From: a virus
Taxonomy: Duplodnaviria > Caudoviricetes
DNA: 30,837 bases
Direction: 5' to 3' (one strand)
Virus record (IMG/VR): IMGVR_UViG_3300031701_000010
Location: 1-30,837 of that record
Part shown: piece after piece, positions 23,658-30,837 of the stretch
Layout of the letters: every line of letters begins with the position of its first letter
Numbering within the stretch: the first letter of the stretch is position 1
Notes under the pieces: model-generated
Database searches by the model: none
Seen by the model: only the letters and a program-made list of their open reading frames with translations
Told to the model about the DNA's origin: nothing
Position numbers and translations under genes: made by a program

Positions 23658-24163
23658 TTGTCTGGCGTCGGTGGTCGCTCAATATTAAAGTCTTCGGTGG
23701 CTGAGGATTCAACGGGAATCCACGCTTGGTTGTAGTTGTGTTCTTTAACTTTTCTCTTTTTGATCAATGAACCATCTTCGAAGATGTCGAACTCGTCTTC
23801 TGACATGTTGAGGGCGTCCATGATTTCCCGATCGCCTACAACTTTAAGCAGGGTCCTGATTGCTTGACCCATGCGATGGGGAACCACTGACCCACGACAA
23901 CGATTCATTTGCAAGTGCAACAGAATCGCTTCTGCTTGGTTGCATTGGATTCTATTAACAAGCACATCTTTAAGATCCAATTCATGGGCTACCAGCCAGC
24001 GGGCGTATCCGTCGATAATGGTTCCGTCCTCCATGGCGATGATTGGTTGGAGGATTCCAAATGTCTTGATGGATTGCATGAGGCCCAAATAGTCGGGCTT
24101 CAGAATATAGGTCGTCCGCCAATTCGGCGTTTTAAGATTTTGTGGTTTCAAAGTTTCATTCAT
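23654..24163 (-). CDS. ParB/sulfiredoxin-like protein (IbrB/YbdM-like)
   Basis: SIK.FG..QPII...GTIIDGYARW, N..RG; coupled to the PAPS-reductase-like gene. Confidence 0.8.
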   Translation of the reverse strand: MNETLKPQNLKTPNWRTTYILKPDYLGLMQSIKTFGILQPIIAMEDGTIIDGYARWLVAHELDLKDVLVNRIQCNQAEAILLHLQMNRCRGSVVPHRMGQAIRTLLKVVGDREIMDALNMSEDEFDIFEDGSLIKKRKVKEHNYNQAWIPVESSATEDFNIERPPTPDK

Positions 24164-25314
24164 AAGAGGTCATCTATCTTGTCCATGTCGTCGGCGTCGG
24201 CTATAGCGGCCATTCTCATTCGATGTGCTTTCGTTTTCGGACCAACAGGAGATGGTGCCGTGTGGCGGAACTCGTTCAATAGCAAGGTTCGAATCAGGTG
24301 GTCTAAAGGATACCCGTATGGGTCGTTCTTTCTTTTCCGTCTGAATTCAGCAGCAAATTTCATAGCGTCCTTGTGTTTACCCGGCGAAAGCATGTTGTCA
24401 TCGATGCAGTGCCGAACGCCATCCCAGCGATCTTGGGAGTAAGACTTGATCAGGCTCTCAACGTTGAAATCTCCCCACAAGCGTCTTTGGGCGTCAATGT
24501 GAGGAAACGCTCGATAAAGATCGTCATAGAATTCTGGCTCAGTTATGACGACATCGTTAAGTCGGCGCGCAGCCACCGAGTGCAAGGGAATACCCACTCT
24601 GGTATTGGCTCCCGACATGGCAGCGTAGTCATAGTATTCACAATAAGGGAAGTCGTTATCCACTGCGACATATTTCAAAACGTCATCGGTTACCCAGTCG
24701 TAGATGGGTTTAACCAGCCTTAACGGAATGGCTTTACTGAGTCGGTATGGTCGGTTGATGTAATTTTCGTGGAGTTTCTGAACCACGGAGCGATACCGGA
24801 TCATAGATTCGTTGGCCCTAACCCCAGTCAGAAATGCAACCCGTCCCTCTTTGCCTTGCATGGTGTAGTAATCAACCGGCTGAGGCATGACTTTGCTGTT
24901 GTCACGTCCAAAGTGTTGAGCGGTGATTGCCCATGGCGGGATATCCCTGACAAGACGGTCCTCTTCTTGACGAGTTTTTGACCACAGTAGGCAGTATTCC
25001 CGACGACCTAGGACCCAGACCTCTTGTCCGTAGGGAAGGCAGTACCACTCCATATCAACCCAGTCCAAGCCCCTGACCCATTCCAGATAACGAATGACAG
25101 AAGGAGAAACCATCTCTTCGTCCCGAAAGATAACTTTGACAGGACCGAGACCGCGCTCTTCGTGAAGTTCCTTGGCAAGAAGGAGGACGGCAGAAGAATC
25201 CTTTCCACCGCTGAACTGAACACAGACCGTATCGAAGATGTCGTAAACGTGTCGCATTCGCGTGCGCGCCGCTTCCACAACGTTGACATCTAAAAAAAGT
25301 CGTCGTCTTGGCAT
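24160..25314 (-). CDS. PAPS-reductase-family PP-loop protein (IbrA/YbdN-like)
   Basis: FSGGKDS PP-loop, FRDEE, WYCLP, TGVRANES..R, KPIYDW..DDV. Confidence 0.88.
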   Translation of the reverse strand: MPRRRLFLDVNVVEAARTRMRHVYDIFDTVCVQFSGGKDSSAVLLLAKELHEERGLGPVKVIFRDEEMVSPSVIRYLEWVRGLDWVDMEWYCLPYGQEVWVLGRREYCLLWSKTRQEEDRLVRDIPPWAITAQHFGRDNSKVMPQPVDYYTMQGKEGRVAFLTGVRANESMIRYRSVVQKLHENYINRPYRLSKAIPLRLVKPIYDWVTDDVLKYVAVDNDFPYCEYYDYAAMSGANTRVGIPLHSVAARRLNDVVITEPEFYDDLYRAFPHIDAQRRLWGDFNVESLIKSYSQDRWDGVRHCIDDNMLSPGKHKDAMKFAAEFRRKRKNDPYGYPLDHLIRTLLLNEFRHTAPSPVGPKTKAHRMRMAAIADADDMDKIDDLL

Positions 25315-25330
25315 GCCGGGAGTTTACAGG

Positions 25331-25420
25331 AAAAAGCGAGGCGAGGGGTGGGGACAGGAGTCGAAGGAGGGAAACGCCTGAACCGACCCCCCGCCGCGCC
25401 AACTTGTACCTCGGCAGGAC
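25331..25420 (-). ncRNA. long hairpin with anti-SD loop and U-tract (sRNA or terminator)
   Basis: ~22-bp interrupted stem, loop UUCCCUCCUUCG, then UUUUU; TAGTAT -10 at 25431-25426. Confidence 0.45.
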
Positions 25421-25461
25421 AGATAATACTACACCGTAGTATTTACTAAAAAGAACTACTA

Positions 25462-26193
25462 TTAAGAACGGGCCTCTGTAATGGCCGTTATTAGTTCTGC
25501 TTTTTTGAGACTGGAATATGGAAGACCAAGTTCAGAAGCAATTTCTTTGAGTTCTGCAACCTTCAAAGAATCCAAATCTTCCGTTGCTGTTTCTTCTGCT
25601 ACTTCTGGCTCATCTTTGAAAATCAAGATTTCACCGTCATTGACAGTACCAACCTGTTCAGGCGTATCGTAATTCTGTAAGCCTTCTTCCAGTTTGTCCC
25701 AATCAACATATCCCGGCGTAGTCGTATGATCTTCACCGGGAAAAGCGTGCAGACAGACAATGCCCTCCATGGTACGAAGAGTTTCGTGGCCCATCTTTTC
25801 TCCAACCGCATACGGATGAACAATGGCGGGCACTGCCTCTACGTCGCACAACACGCGCAACAGGCGTCCAAGTTGAACCGTGGCATCTCCGCTAAGAGTG
25901 ATCGCCGTAGATTTGACGATGCCAACAAAAATGCATCTAGAACTACGATGTGGGGCAGTCGGGTGAAAATCTCCAATCGCTGAATACTCAGTATCCGCCA
26001 TTTTATAAATGGTAGACCCTTCTGGATCTATCACATAATGAGGGCGGTGGGATTTTGAATCCATCCCATACAGTTTTATGGCAGTTTCTGCCGACTGAGT
26101 ATCCGTCGCTTCTAAAACTAGTTTAGGAGCGAACGAGGGAAGCAGTGTTCCCGTTCGATAATCACCTGATGATTGATCAACTATTTCCAACAT
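25462..26193 (-). CDS. amidase-2-like domain (degenerate) plus C-terminal Rho-N/HeH domain
   Basis: PHYVID..G.IYK...I.VGI...L..L amidase-like pattern; LDSLKVAELKEIASELGL...LKKAELITAI tail. Confidence 0.55.
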   Translation of the reverse strand: MLEIVDQSSGDYRTGTLLPSFAPKLVLEATDTQSAETAIKLYGMDSKSHRPHYVIDPEGSTIYKMADTEYSAIGDFHPTAPHRSSRCIFVGIVKSTAITLSGDATVQLGRLLRVLCDVEAVPAIVHPYAVGEKMGHETLRTMEGIVCLHAFPGEDHTTTPGYVDWDKLEEGLQNYDTPEQVGTVNDGEILIFKDEPEVAEETATEDLDSLKVAELKEIASELGLPYSSLKKAELITAITEARS

Positions 26194-26221
26194 GGAAAAT
26201 AGTTTACATCAACACTTGTAT

Positions 26222-26674
26222 CTAAAAGTCCAATTCTTCATCAAAAGGACTAGTCGCTGGAGTGGGAGCCGCCTGCTTTGTCGGTGCAGATGAATTGTCA
26301 CCATCACGCTTTTCGCGCTTCACCCGAACAAGGCTTTCGATATCCTCAACCGGAATCAAAACCTCACGAGCATTCAGTTGGTAGGCGTACTTCTTTTCGC
26401 CTGCGTCGGTTTCCCAACTACGCTCTTCCATCTGGCCTTTGACCTCAATGCGCATGCCCTTCTCCACGATGCCAGCAGAGTGTTCGGCAAGATCGCCCCA
26501 GAGTTGAACGTTGAAAAACGAGGTGTTGGTTTTTTCCCAAGCCTCGCCAGACTTCTTCCACTTGTCTACGGCCAGTCGGAGTCGCAACATTGCTGTTCCG
26601 GTTTGGGTGTACTTCATCTCAACGTCAATGACGTTGTTTCCCCGAAGGGTCATCTGTGATTCTGAGCGAGCCAT
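26222..26674 (-). CDS. ssb: single-stranded DNA-binding protein
   Basis: L.GN...D.E.KYT..G....LAV...FFNV.LWG.LAE....KG..I.V.G....R.WET; acidic DEELDF tail. Confidence 0.93.
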   Translation of the reverse strand: MARSESQMTLRGNNVIDVEMKYTQTGTAMLRLRLAVDKWKKSGEAWEKTNTSFFNVQLWGDLAEHSAGIVEKGMRIEVKGQMEERSWETDAGEKKYAYQLNAREVLIPVEDIESLVRVKREKRDGDNSSAPTKQAAPTPATSPFDEELDF

Positions 26675-26733
26675 AATTTTCTCCTACTACTCGTTGGGTT
26701 GTTTGCTCGTGGAGCGCAGTGTATCATAGCGTC

Positions 26734-26955
26734 ATGGACGACTCTATCCTCTTGATCCGAGATCATTTGATCGACGTTTGCATGGACCTTGTTTCAACCA
26801 GTGACGACGAGGATCCAGAAGACGTGCGAGAGGATTTTACTGAGATGGTGGACATCTTGCTGGAAGCGACAGACCTGAAAGTTCAGAAGTCCAAGTCCGA
26901 CGGCAAGAGTACGTTATTCAATTGCACCGTGGAGTTAATCAATCCGTTTGACTGA
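26734..26955 (+). CDS. small acidic hypothetical protein
   Basis: TTGTTT, 17 nt, TATCAT (26722-26727), 6 nt, ATG 26734. Confidence 0.65.
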   Translation: MDDSILLIRDHLIDVCMDLVSTSDDEDPEDVREDFTEMVDILLEATDLKVQKSKSDGKSTLFNCTVELINPFD

Positions 26956-27655
26956 CATGCTTTCCTAGGAAGGCCAACACTTGAGCGGAAGTGGTGGGTA
27001 GCGCCACAAAGTCCGGATGCGCTTTCAGGTATCGCAAAAATGAATACCACGCTGCCTGTTGTTCCGCATCGTTGAATACCAGCGTATATTGAATGTTCGT
27101 TTTGGCTCCAGCCGAACGTGTCGCAGTTGCTCCCTGCGTAACTAATGATTGTATCGTTTCAGGATCTGGCTCAACCATGATGGGTGCGGTCCAACCATCA
27201 TTAGCGATTACAGCAGAACTGGCCCCAGCCGAAGGAGTTTCAATCGCAGCGATTTCAAAATCATCCCATCCAAGTCCCTCAAAGAATTCTGGCATCTCAT
27301 CAACTACAGACATGAGCATTTCATGGAGAAGCCCTTGATCGTCTTCTCCCAAATCTGATGTTCGATTATCAGCCAAAGCAAAAGCAATCGCTTTATCGTG
27401 GTCAAACGGAACGTACAGTACGGCGACGTGGGTCCAACCCAATCGTTTGGCAGCGGCTAGTTGGTGATTGCCTGCGATAACCGTTCCCGTGTCATCTTCG
27501 TTCTTTACGGCGACGATTGGTTTGACCTGTCCGAATTCGTTATACGAGGCGGCAATGGCGGTGATGTTGCCCTTGCGGGGGTTGCCCGGAAGGGTTTCCA
27601 GTTGCTCTATCGGAACAAGAAGATGCTCCAAGTCTTTGCTCACTTGGTGTTTCAC
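26939..27655 (-). CDS. ParB N-terminal (ParB/Srx) domain protein
   Basis: PGNPRKG, FGQVKPIV, VIAGNHQLAAAKRLGW, ALADNRT. Confidence 0.85.
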   Translation of the reverse strand: MKHQVSKDLEHLLVPIEQLETLPGNPRKGNITAIAASYNEFGQVKPIVAVKNEDDTGTVIAGNHQLAAAKRLGWTHVAVLYVPFDHDKAIAFALADNRTSDLGEDDQGLLHEMLMSVVDEMPEFFEGLGWDDFEIAAIETPSAGASSAVIANDGWTAPIMVEPDPETIQSLVTQGATATRSAGAKTNIQYTLVFNDAEQQAAWYSFLRYLKAHPDFVALPTTSAQVLAFLGKHVSQTD

Positions 27656-27987
27656 ACTTGCGCCCTGACGTTGGCGGCGAGCGTGCGCAAGGAGTCCAAT
27701 GCCGTTCGAATGGAGTTCAATTTCTCCTTCTTGGCTTTAAGTAGGGCGTCGGCGATTTTGACCTCGTAGTGTCCGTCGCTCTGCTTGTAGTCAGCCCACG
27801 ACTCTCGCTCTTTGATGGAACCGTTGGCAGAGAGGTATTCGTGAGCCCATGCCGATTTGTACCGGGCTTCTTTCTTTGCCTGATCCACCGCTAAAACTTC
27901 AAAGGCTTCGGTATGCTCTTCGAGTTCTTCAACCAGACGAACAATATTATCTTCAATATCAATAGGACTAATAGGAGAAGTCCTCAT
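27652..27987 (-). CDS. conserved coiled-coil phage protein
   Basis: All-helical 111-aa ORF with coupled overlaps; possible UvsY-like mediator (weak). Confidence 0.7.
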   Translation of the reverse strand: MRTSPISPIDIEDNIVRLVEELEEHTEAFEVLAVDQAKKEARYKSAWAHEYLSANGSIKERESWADYKQSDGHYEVKIADALLKAKKEKLNSIRTALDSLRTLAANVRAQV

Positions 27988-28343
27988 AGCAGTCCCTCTT
28001 CTTTAGCGATGGTGTTCAATCTTTCAGCCTCTTCTTCCCAATCGAACTTGTCGATAGAGTTTCTTTTTTGAATGAGTTCGTCAAACTTGTCATCACCGAT
28101 TTTGTCGATTGTGAAGATGCCGAACTCCACTGGATTGTCGGTGAAGAATCTGTGGCACGAGGCACAAAGGCAGAACGCATTTTCCAAGTCTGTTCTGGTC
28201 CACGAGTATTTTCTAGAGATGATATGAGCGCATTGTAAAACGTGTCCAGATCCACAGCGTTCACATCTGCCGTGCGATCTAATGATAAGGGCATGCAGTT
28301 TGGTGGCTTTACCCTTTGCGCCCTTGCCGTAGATGTTGCTCAT
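27984..28343 (-). CDS. NinG/Rap-like HNH-type endonuclease
   Basis: CERCG..LQCAHIISR....R.D.EN...LCASCH. Confidence 0.8.
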   Translation of the reverse strand: MSNIYGKGAKGKATKLHALIIRSHGRCERCGSGHVLQCAHIISRKYSWTRTDLENAFCLCASCHRFFTDNPVEFGIFTIDKIGDDKFDELIQKRNSIDKFDWEEEAERLNTIAKEEGLL

Positions 28344-29423
28344 TCATGTAACGCTTTCTAGTATTTCGTCTAACCTTAGCGCACCTCGTCGGACATCTAG
28401 GGATTGAACCGCTTCCCAATTCGCTATGGCCTCCGACTGTCGGACTTCCGCATCAGACAGATACTCTAAGTGCTTCTTCCAGTCTATGAATTTCTTAGCA
28501 AGCCGCCCCACCCCATACTGCTGTTGGAGGCGAGTGTATTCTGAAATTTTAGACGCAATGAAAGGAACTCCAGCAGCGATGTACTCCAAAGGTTTGATCC
28601 ATGATTTAGCGTGGTTGAAGGGAATGTCGGTAAGTGGGGCTACCCCAACATCAAACGTCAACATTCGTGGAATTTGAGTTGGTGAAACCATTGGGTACAG
28701 AGAGACGCGGCTTTGATCTACGTCAACTTCTTCCCAAAAAAGAGGGTTTCCAGAATTGTGTCCAGTGTGGTGGAAGGAAAATTGTTCTGGATCAGAACTT
28801 GAATATACGCCGCGCAGACAATCTAGATCGCCGCTGCGGTGTCCAGTTGAACCATGCCAGCCCACAACAATCGGACCATCATTATGCTTCCGACGGAAAG
28901 GTGCATAAGCGTCGAAATCAACACAGTTTTCCAACAAGGCTAGATTTTTAACGCCCAGTGACGTTTTCGCTCTATCCACAAGAAACGGAGTAGAAACTAC
29001 AACCAAGTCTGAAAGAGAAAGAATCTGTCGATAGAAATCACTGTTCTCTTGCGTGTTGTTCTTTGAGTTCAATACGTTCTTTGCTCTATGGCGATGATGT
29101 AATCCCCAATACCAATCATCCAAATCGTTTATTATGATTTGACCGTTGGCTTGAGCCTTGCGGATGTTGTCTGGGATATCCCGCATCATCCAACGTTGCA
29201 TATAAACTATGTCGCAATCAAGATGGTGTTTGCCAGATGTATCTGTAACGCCAAATATTTCTGTGTTTTTAGAATAAACTAAAGTTCCAATGACGTGATC
29301 GATTTTAAGATACTTCGAATATTGTCCGATACGGATCCAACCGGATCCACCCATGCAAGGAGTGCCGTCTTCTTCTACAACGCTTAAAGACCAATCTGCG
29401 CTAGCGAAGCCTACCTTTACCAA
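28344..29423 (-). CDS. glycosyltransferase (GT-B fold)
   Basis: DLDDW, D.V.VSTP.L, VGW.GS..H..DL, DVGVAPL..FN.AKS.IK.LEY.A.G.P.IAS. Probable TTG start at 29423. Confidence 0.85.
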   Translation of the reverse strand: MVKVGFASADWSLSVVEEDGTPCMGGSGWIRIGQYSKYLKIDHVIGTLVYSKNTEIFGVTDTSGKHHLDCDIVYMQRWMMRDIPDNIRKAQANGQIIINDLDDWYWGLHHRHRAKNVLNSKNNTQENSDFYRQILSLSDLVVVSTPFLVDRAKTSLGVKNLALLENCVDFDAYAPFRRKHNDGPIVVGWHGSTGHRSGDLDCLRGVYSSSDPEQFSFHHTGHNSGNPLFWEEVDVDQSRVSLYPMVSPTQIPRMLTFDVGVAPLTDIPFNHAKSWIKPLEYIAAGVPFIASKISEYTRLQQQYGVGRLAKKFIDWKKHLEYLSDAEVRQSEAIANWEAVQSLDVRRGALRLDEILESVT

Positions 29424-29908
29424 TTTTCCAGTTCGTTCTTCAGTCCAACAAAACCCCAGTCTCCATTGACGGCCTGCCAAAGGGCTTTATCTATAGGAGT
29501 TGGTTCGAAGTTATATTCTACCATTAGGATTTGATGTTCTTCAATAGCCCTTTTAAGGAAATCGGCCATTTTCAAATCTGGATCTTGACTGTCTTCTCCT
29601 AGGGCAAGCATCCTCTCGGCTTCAACTAGTCGTTGTTGAACGTAAAAGCGAAACCGATTGACCTTCGTTCGTTTTTCATCAGCAGTAATTTTGAAATCTG
29701 TAATCATGTGACTGGGAAGATTTCGAGTAGACGTAGTCTCGTCTTGGGCTAACCCGTTTATTTGTTCGTCCAGATTTTGCAGGAGTTTTAAAAGCGATTT
29801 CCGCCAAGCGTCTTGGTTGGAAGGTAGGCGTAGATATTCGGCTTTTTCGGGCGAGATTTGATTTTTAACGTCTTCCGAAACCAGTCGATCGAATTCTTGA
29901 TTATCCAT
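29417..29908 (-). CDS. helical hypothetical protein
   Basis: Start MDNQEF at 29908 with GGAG SD. Confidence 0.7.
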   Translation of the reverse strand: MDNQEFDRLVSEDVKNQISPEKAEYLRLPSNQDAWRKSLLKLLQNLDEQINGLAQDETTSTRNLPSHMITDFKITADEKRTKVNRFRFYVQQRLVEAERMLALGEDSQDPDLKMADFLKRAIEEHQILMVEYNFEPTPIDKALWQAVNGDWGFVGLKNELENW

Positions 29909-29918
29909 ATTTTCTCCG

Positions 29919-30677
29919 TTAAGACCATGCAGGGCAAATAGGTTTATAGGCACACCAGTTACATAGTGGGCCTGTCTTGGTGGCAAACACTCCAGTGTTG
30001 CACCCGGTTTGAACTCCGTCCCAAGTTTGGTCAATAAGTTTTAATACTGTCTTTCGCCTCTGTGGGGTGGGATCATATCTTTTTCTTTCCTTGAACTTGA
30101 CATACATGATTTCGGCATTATCCACTTGAATATTATTTAGTCGTTCAAGCATCTCCGCATAAAGAACAATTTGAAAAACTTTATCACCTTCATATTGAGG
30201 CTTAGAAACTTTTCCACTTTTATAATCCGTGACAGTTAGAGATCCGTCTTCTTCTTCGGTCCATCGATCTATAAATCCAACCAATGGAACATCGTTGATG
30301 GAAGCAGAAAACTGATCCTCTACCCCACGGATCTTAACCTCTGGCGGATTTTCCATCTCGAAAACATTTTCTATACACCACCACGCCCGCCACCGAAAAT
30401 CATTGATGTCTTTGATGGAAACCGTACTGGTTTCTTCTATGAATTTATTTTCCCAAAGTTCCCGAGCAATACGTCTAGCCTCTGGAAGTGTTCGTTGCTC
30501 AGAATCAAGACGATACAACTCTTCCAAAATCTCGTGAACAAATGTTCCCAAGATCATTGCCTCGGTTGTGGGTTCCGGTATTCGATCTATACGAGAAAAC
30601 CTGTATCGGAGAGGGCACTGCTCGTAGGTCGTAATACTGGATGCCGATAGGTGCGTAGGTAAAGGTAGAGCGGTCAT
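29919..30677 (-). CDS. PD-(D/E)XK RecB/AddB-like exonuclease
   Basis: LSAS....QCP..Y; G..VH..LE; E; GFIDR; DYKSG; Q..Y; C.WC....CP. Confidence 0.9.
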   Translation of the reverse strand: MTALPLPTHLSASSITTYEQCPLRYRFSRIDRIPEPTTEAMILGTFVHEILEELYRLDSEQRTLPEARRIARELWENKFIEETSTVSIKDINDFRWRAWWCIENVFEMENPPEVKIRGVEDQFSASINDVPLVGFIDRWTEEEDGSLTVTDYKSGKVSKPQYEGDKVFQIVLYAEMLERLNNIQVDNAEIMYVKFKERKRYDPTPQRRKTVLKLIDQTWDGVQTGCNTGVFATKTGPLCNWCAYKPICPAWS

Positions 30678-30835
30678 GGTAGGTAACCGTGCGAGAAACT
30701 AAAACCTACAGGCTTAATCGGATCGACGGTTTCGACCACCTTGAACATTTCTGAACCCTTCATCAAGTCTTCAAGGTCAGATTTAGAATCCAGCATCTTA
30801 GGAGTGATCTTTGCTCCATCAGTGGGCAGAGCATC
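30674..30835 (-). CDS. 5'-truncated hypothetical protein
   Basis: Open frame from the window edge (DALPTDGAKITPK...HGYLP*); stop overlaps the exonuclease ATG. Confidence 0.55.
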   Translation of the reverse strand, partial: DALPTDGAKITPKMLDSKSDLEDLMKGSEMFKVVETVDPIKPVGFSFSHGYLP

Positions 30836-30837
30836 GG

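Noticed and set aside
24160-25314. cysH sulfate-assimilation auxiliary metabolic gene
   Set aside because: Longer than CysH, lacks the C-terminal ECGLH motif and is coupled to a ParB-like gene; fits the IbrA/YbdN type.
29919-30677. CRISPR-associated Cas4
   Set aside because: Stand-alone PD-(D/E)XK exonuclease in a phage recombination block with no cas context.
1-30837. Integrase/att site, transposon, diversity-generating retroelement, retron or alternative genetic code
   Set aside because: No recombinase, transposase or reverse-transcriptase motifs were seen; genes tile normally with the standard code using all three stop codons.

Overview
This window is a 30.8-kb segment of a large tailed-phage genome. 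Two whiB genes, many leaderless SigA-type promoters and actinobacterial-type SOS boxes point to an Actinomycetota host. No integrase, virion structural genes or CRISPR-Cas are visible. The GC-richer left part (~1-10.6 kb) looks like an early/host-takeover region: many small promoter-led genes, a HIT hydrolase, an M15 peptidase with a peptidoglycan-binding domain, a membrane LysM protein, four U34 tRNAs (Gln, Glu, Lys, Leu), a WhiB, an ART-like protein and a GHKL-ATPase/HExxH fusion. At ~10.66-11.2 kb is a G-rich, probably non-coding junction carrying a phased array of TCGAAC-N4-GTTCGA (LexA/SOS-box consensus) palindromes. The right part is more AT-rich and holds secreted cell-wall proteins, a DNA methyltransferase, a primase-helicase module, a second WhiB, DUF932, a HARP-SNF2 helicase, a coupled PAPS-reductase-like/ParB-like/MT-A70 operon, SSB, ParB, a NinG-like nuclease, a glycosyltransferase and a PD-(D/E)XK exonuclease. 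The most unusual signals are non-coding: the SOS-box array, a ~190-nt multibranch structured RNA candidate, a mini tmRNA/tRNA-like RNA with its own promoter, and several hairpins displaying orphan Shine-Dalgarno (SD) or anti-SD sequences in a phage whose own genes are often leaderless. All protein calls come from motif recognition by eye and all RNA folds from manual pairing; no database searches or folding programs were run.
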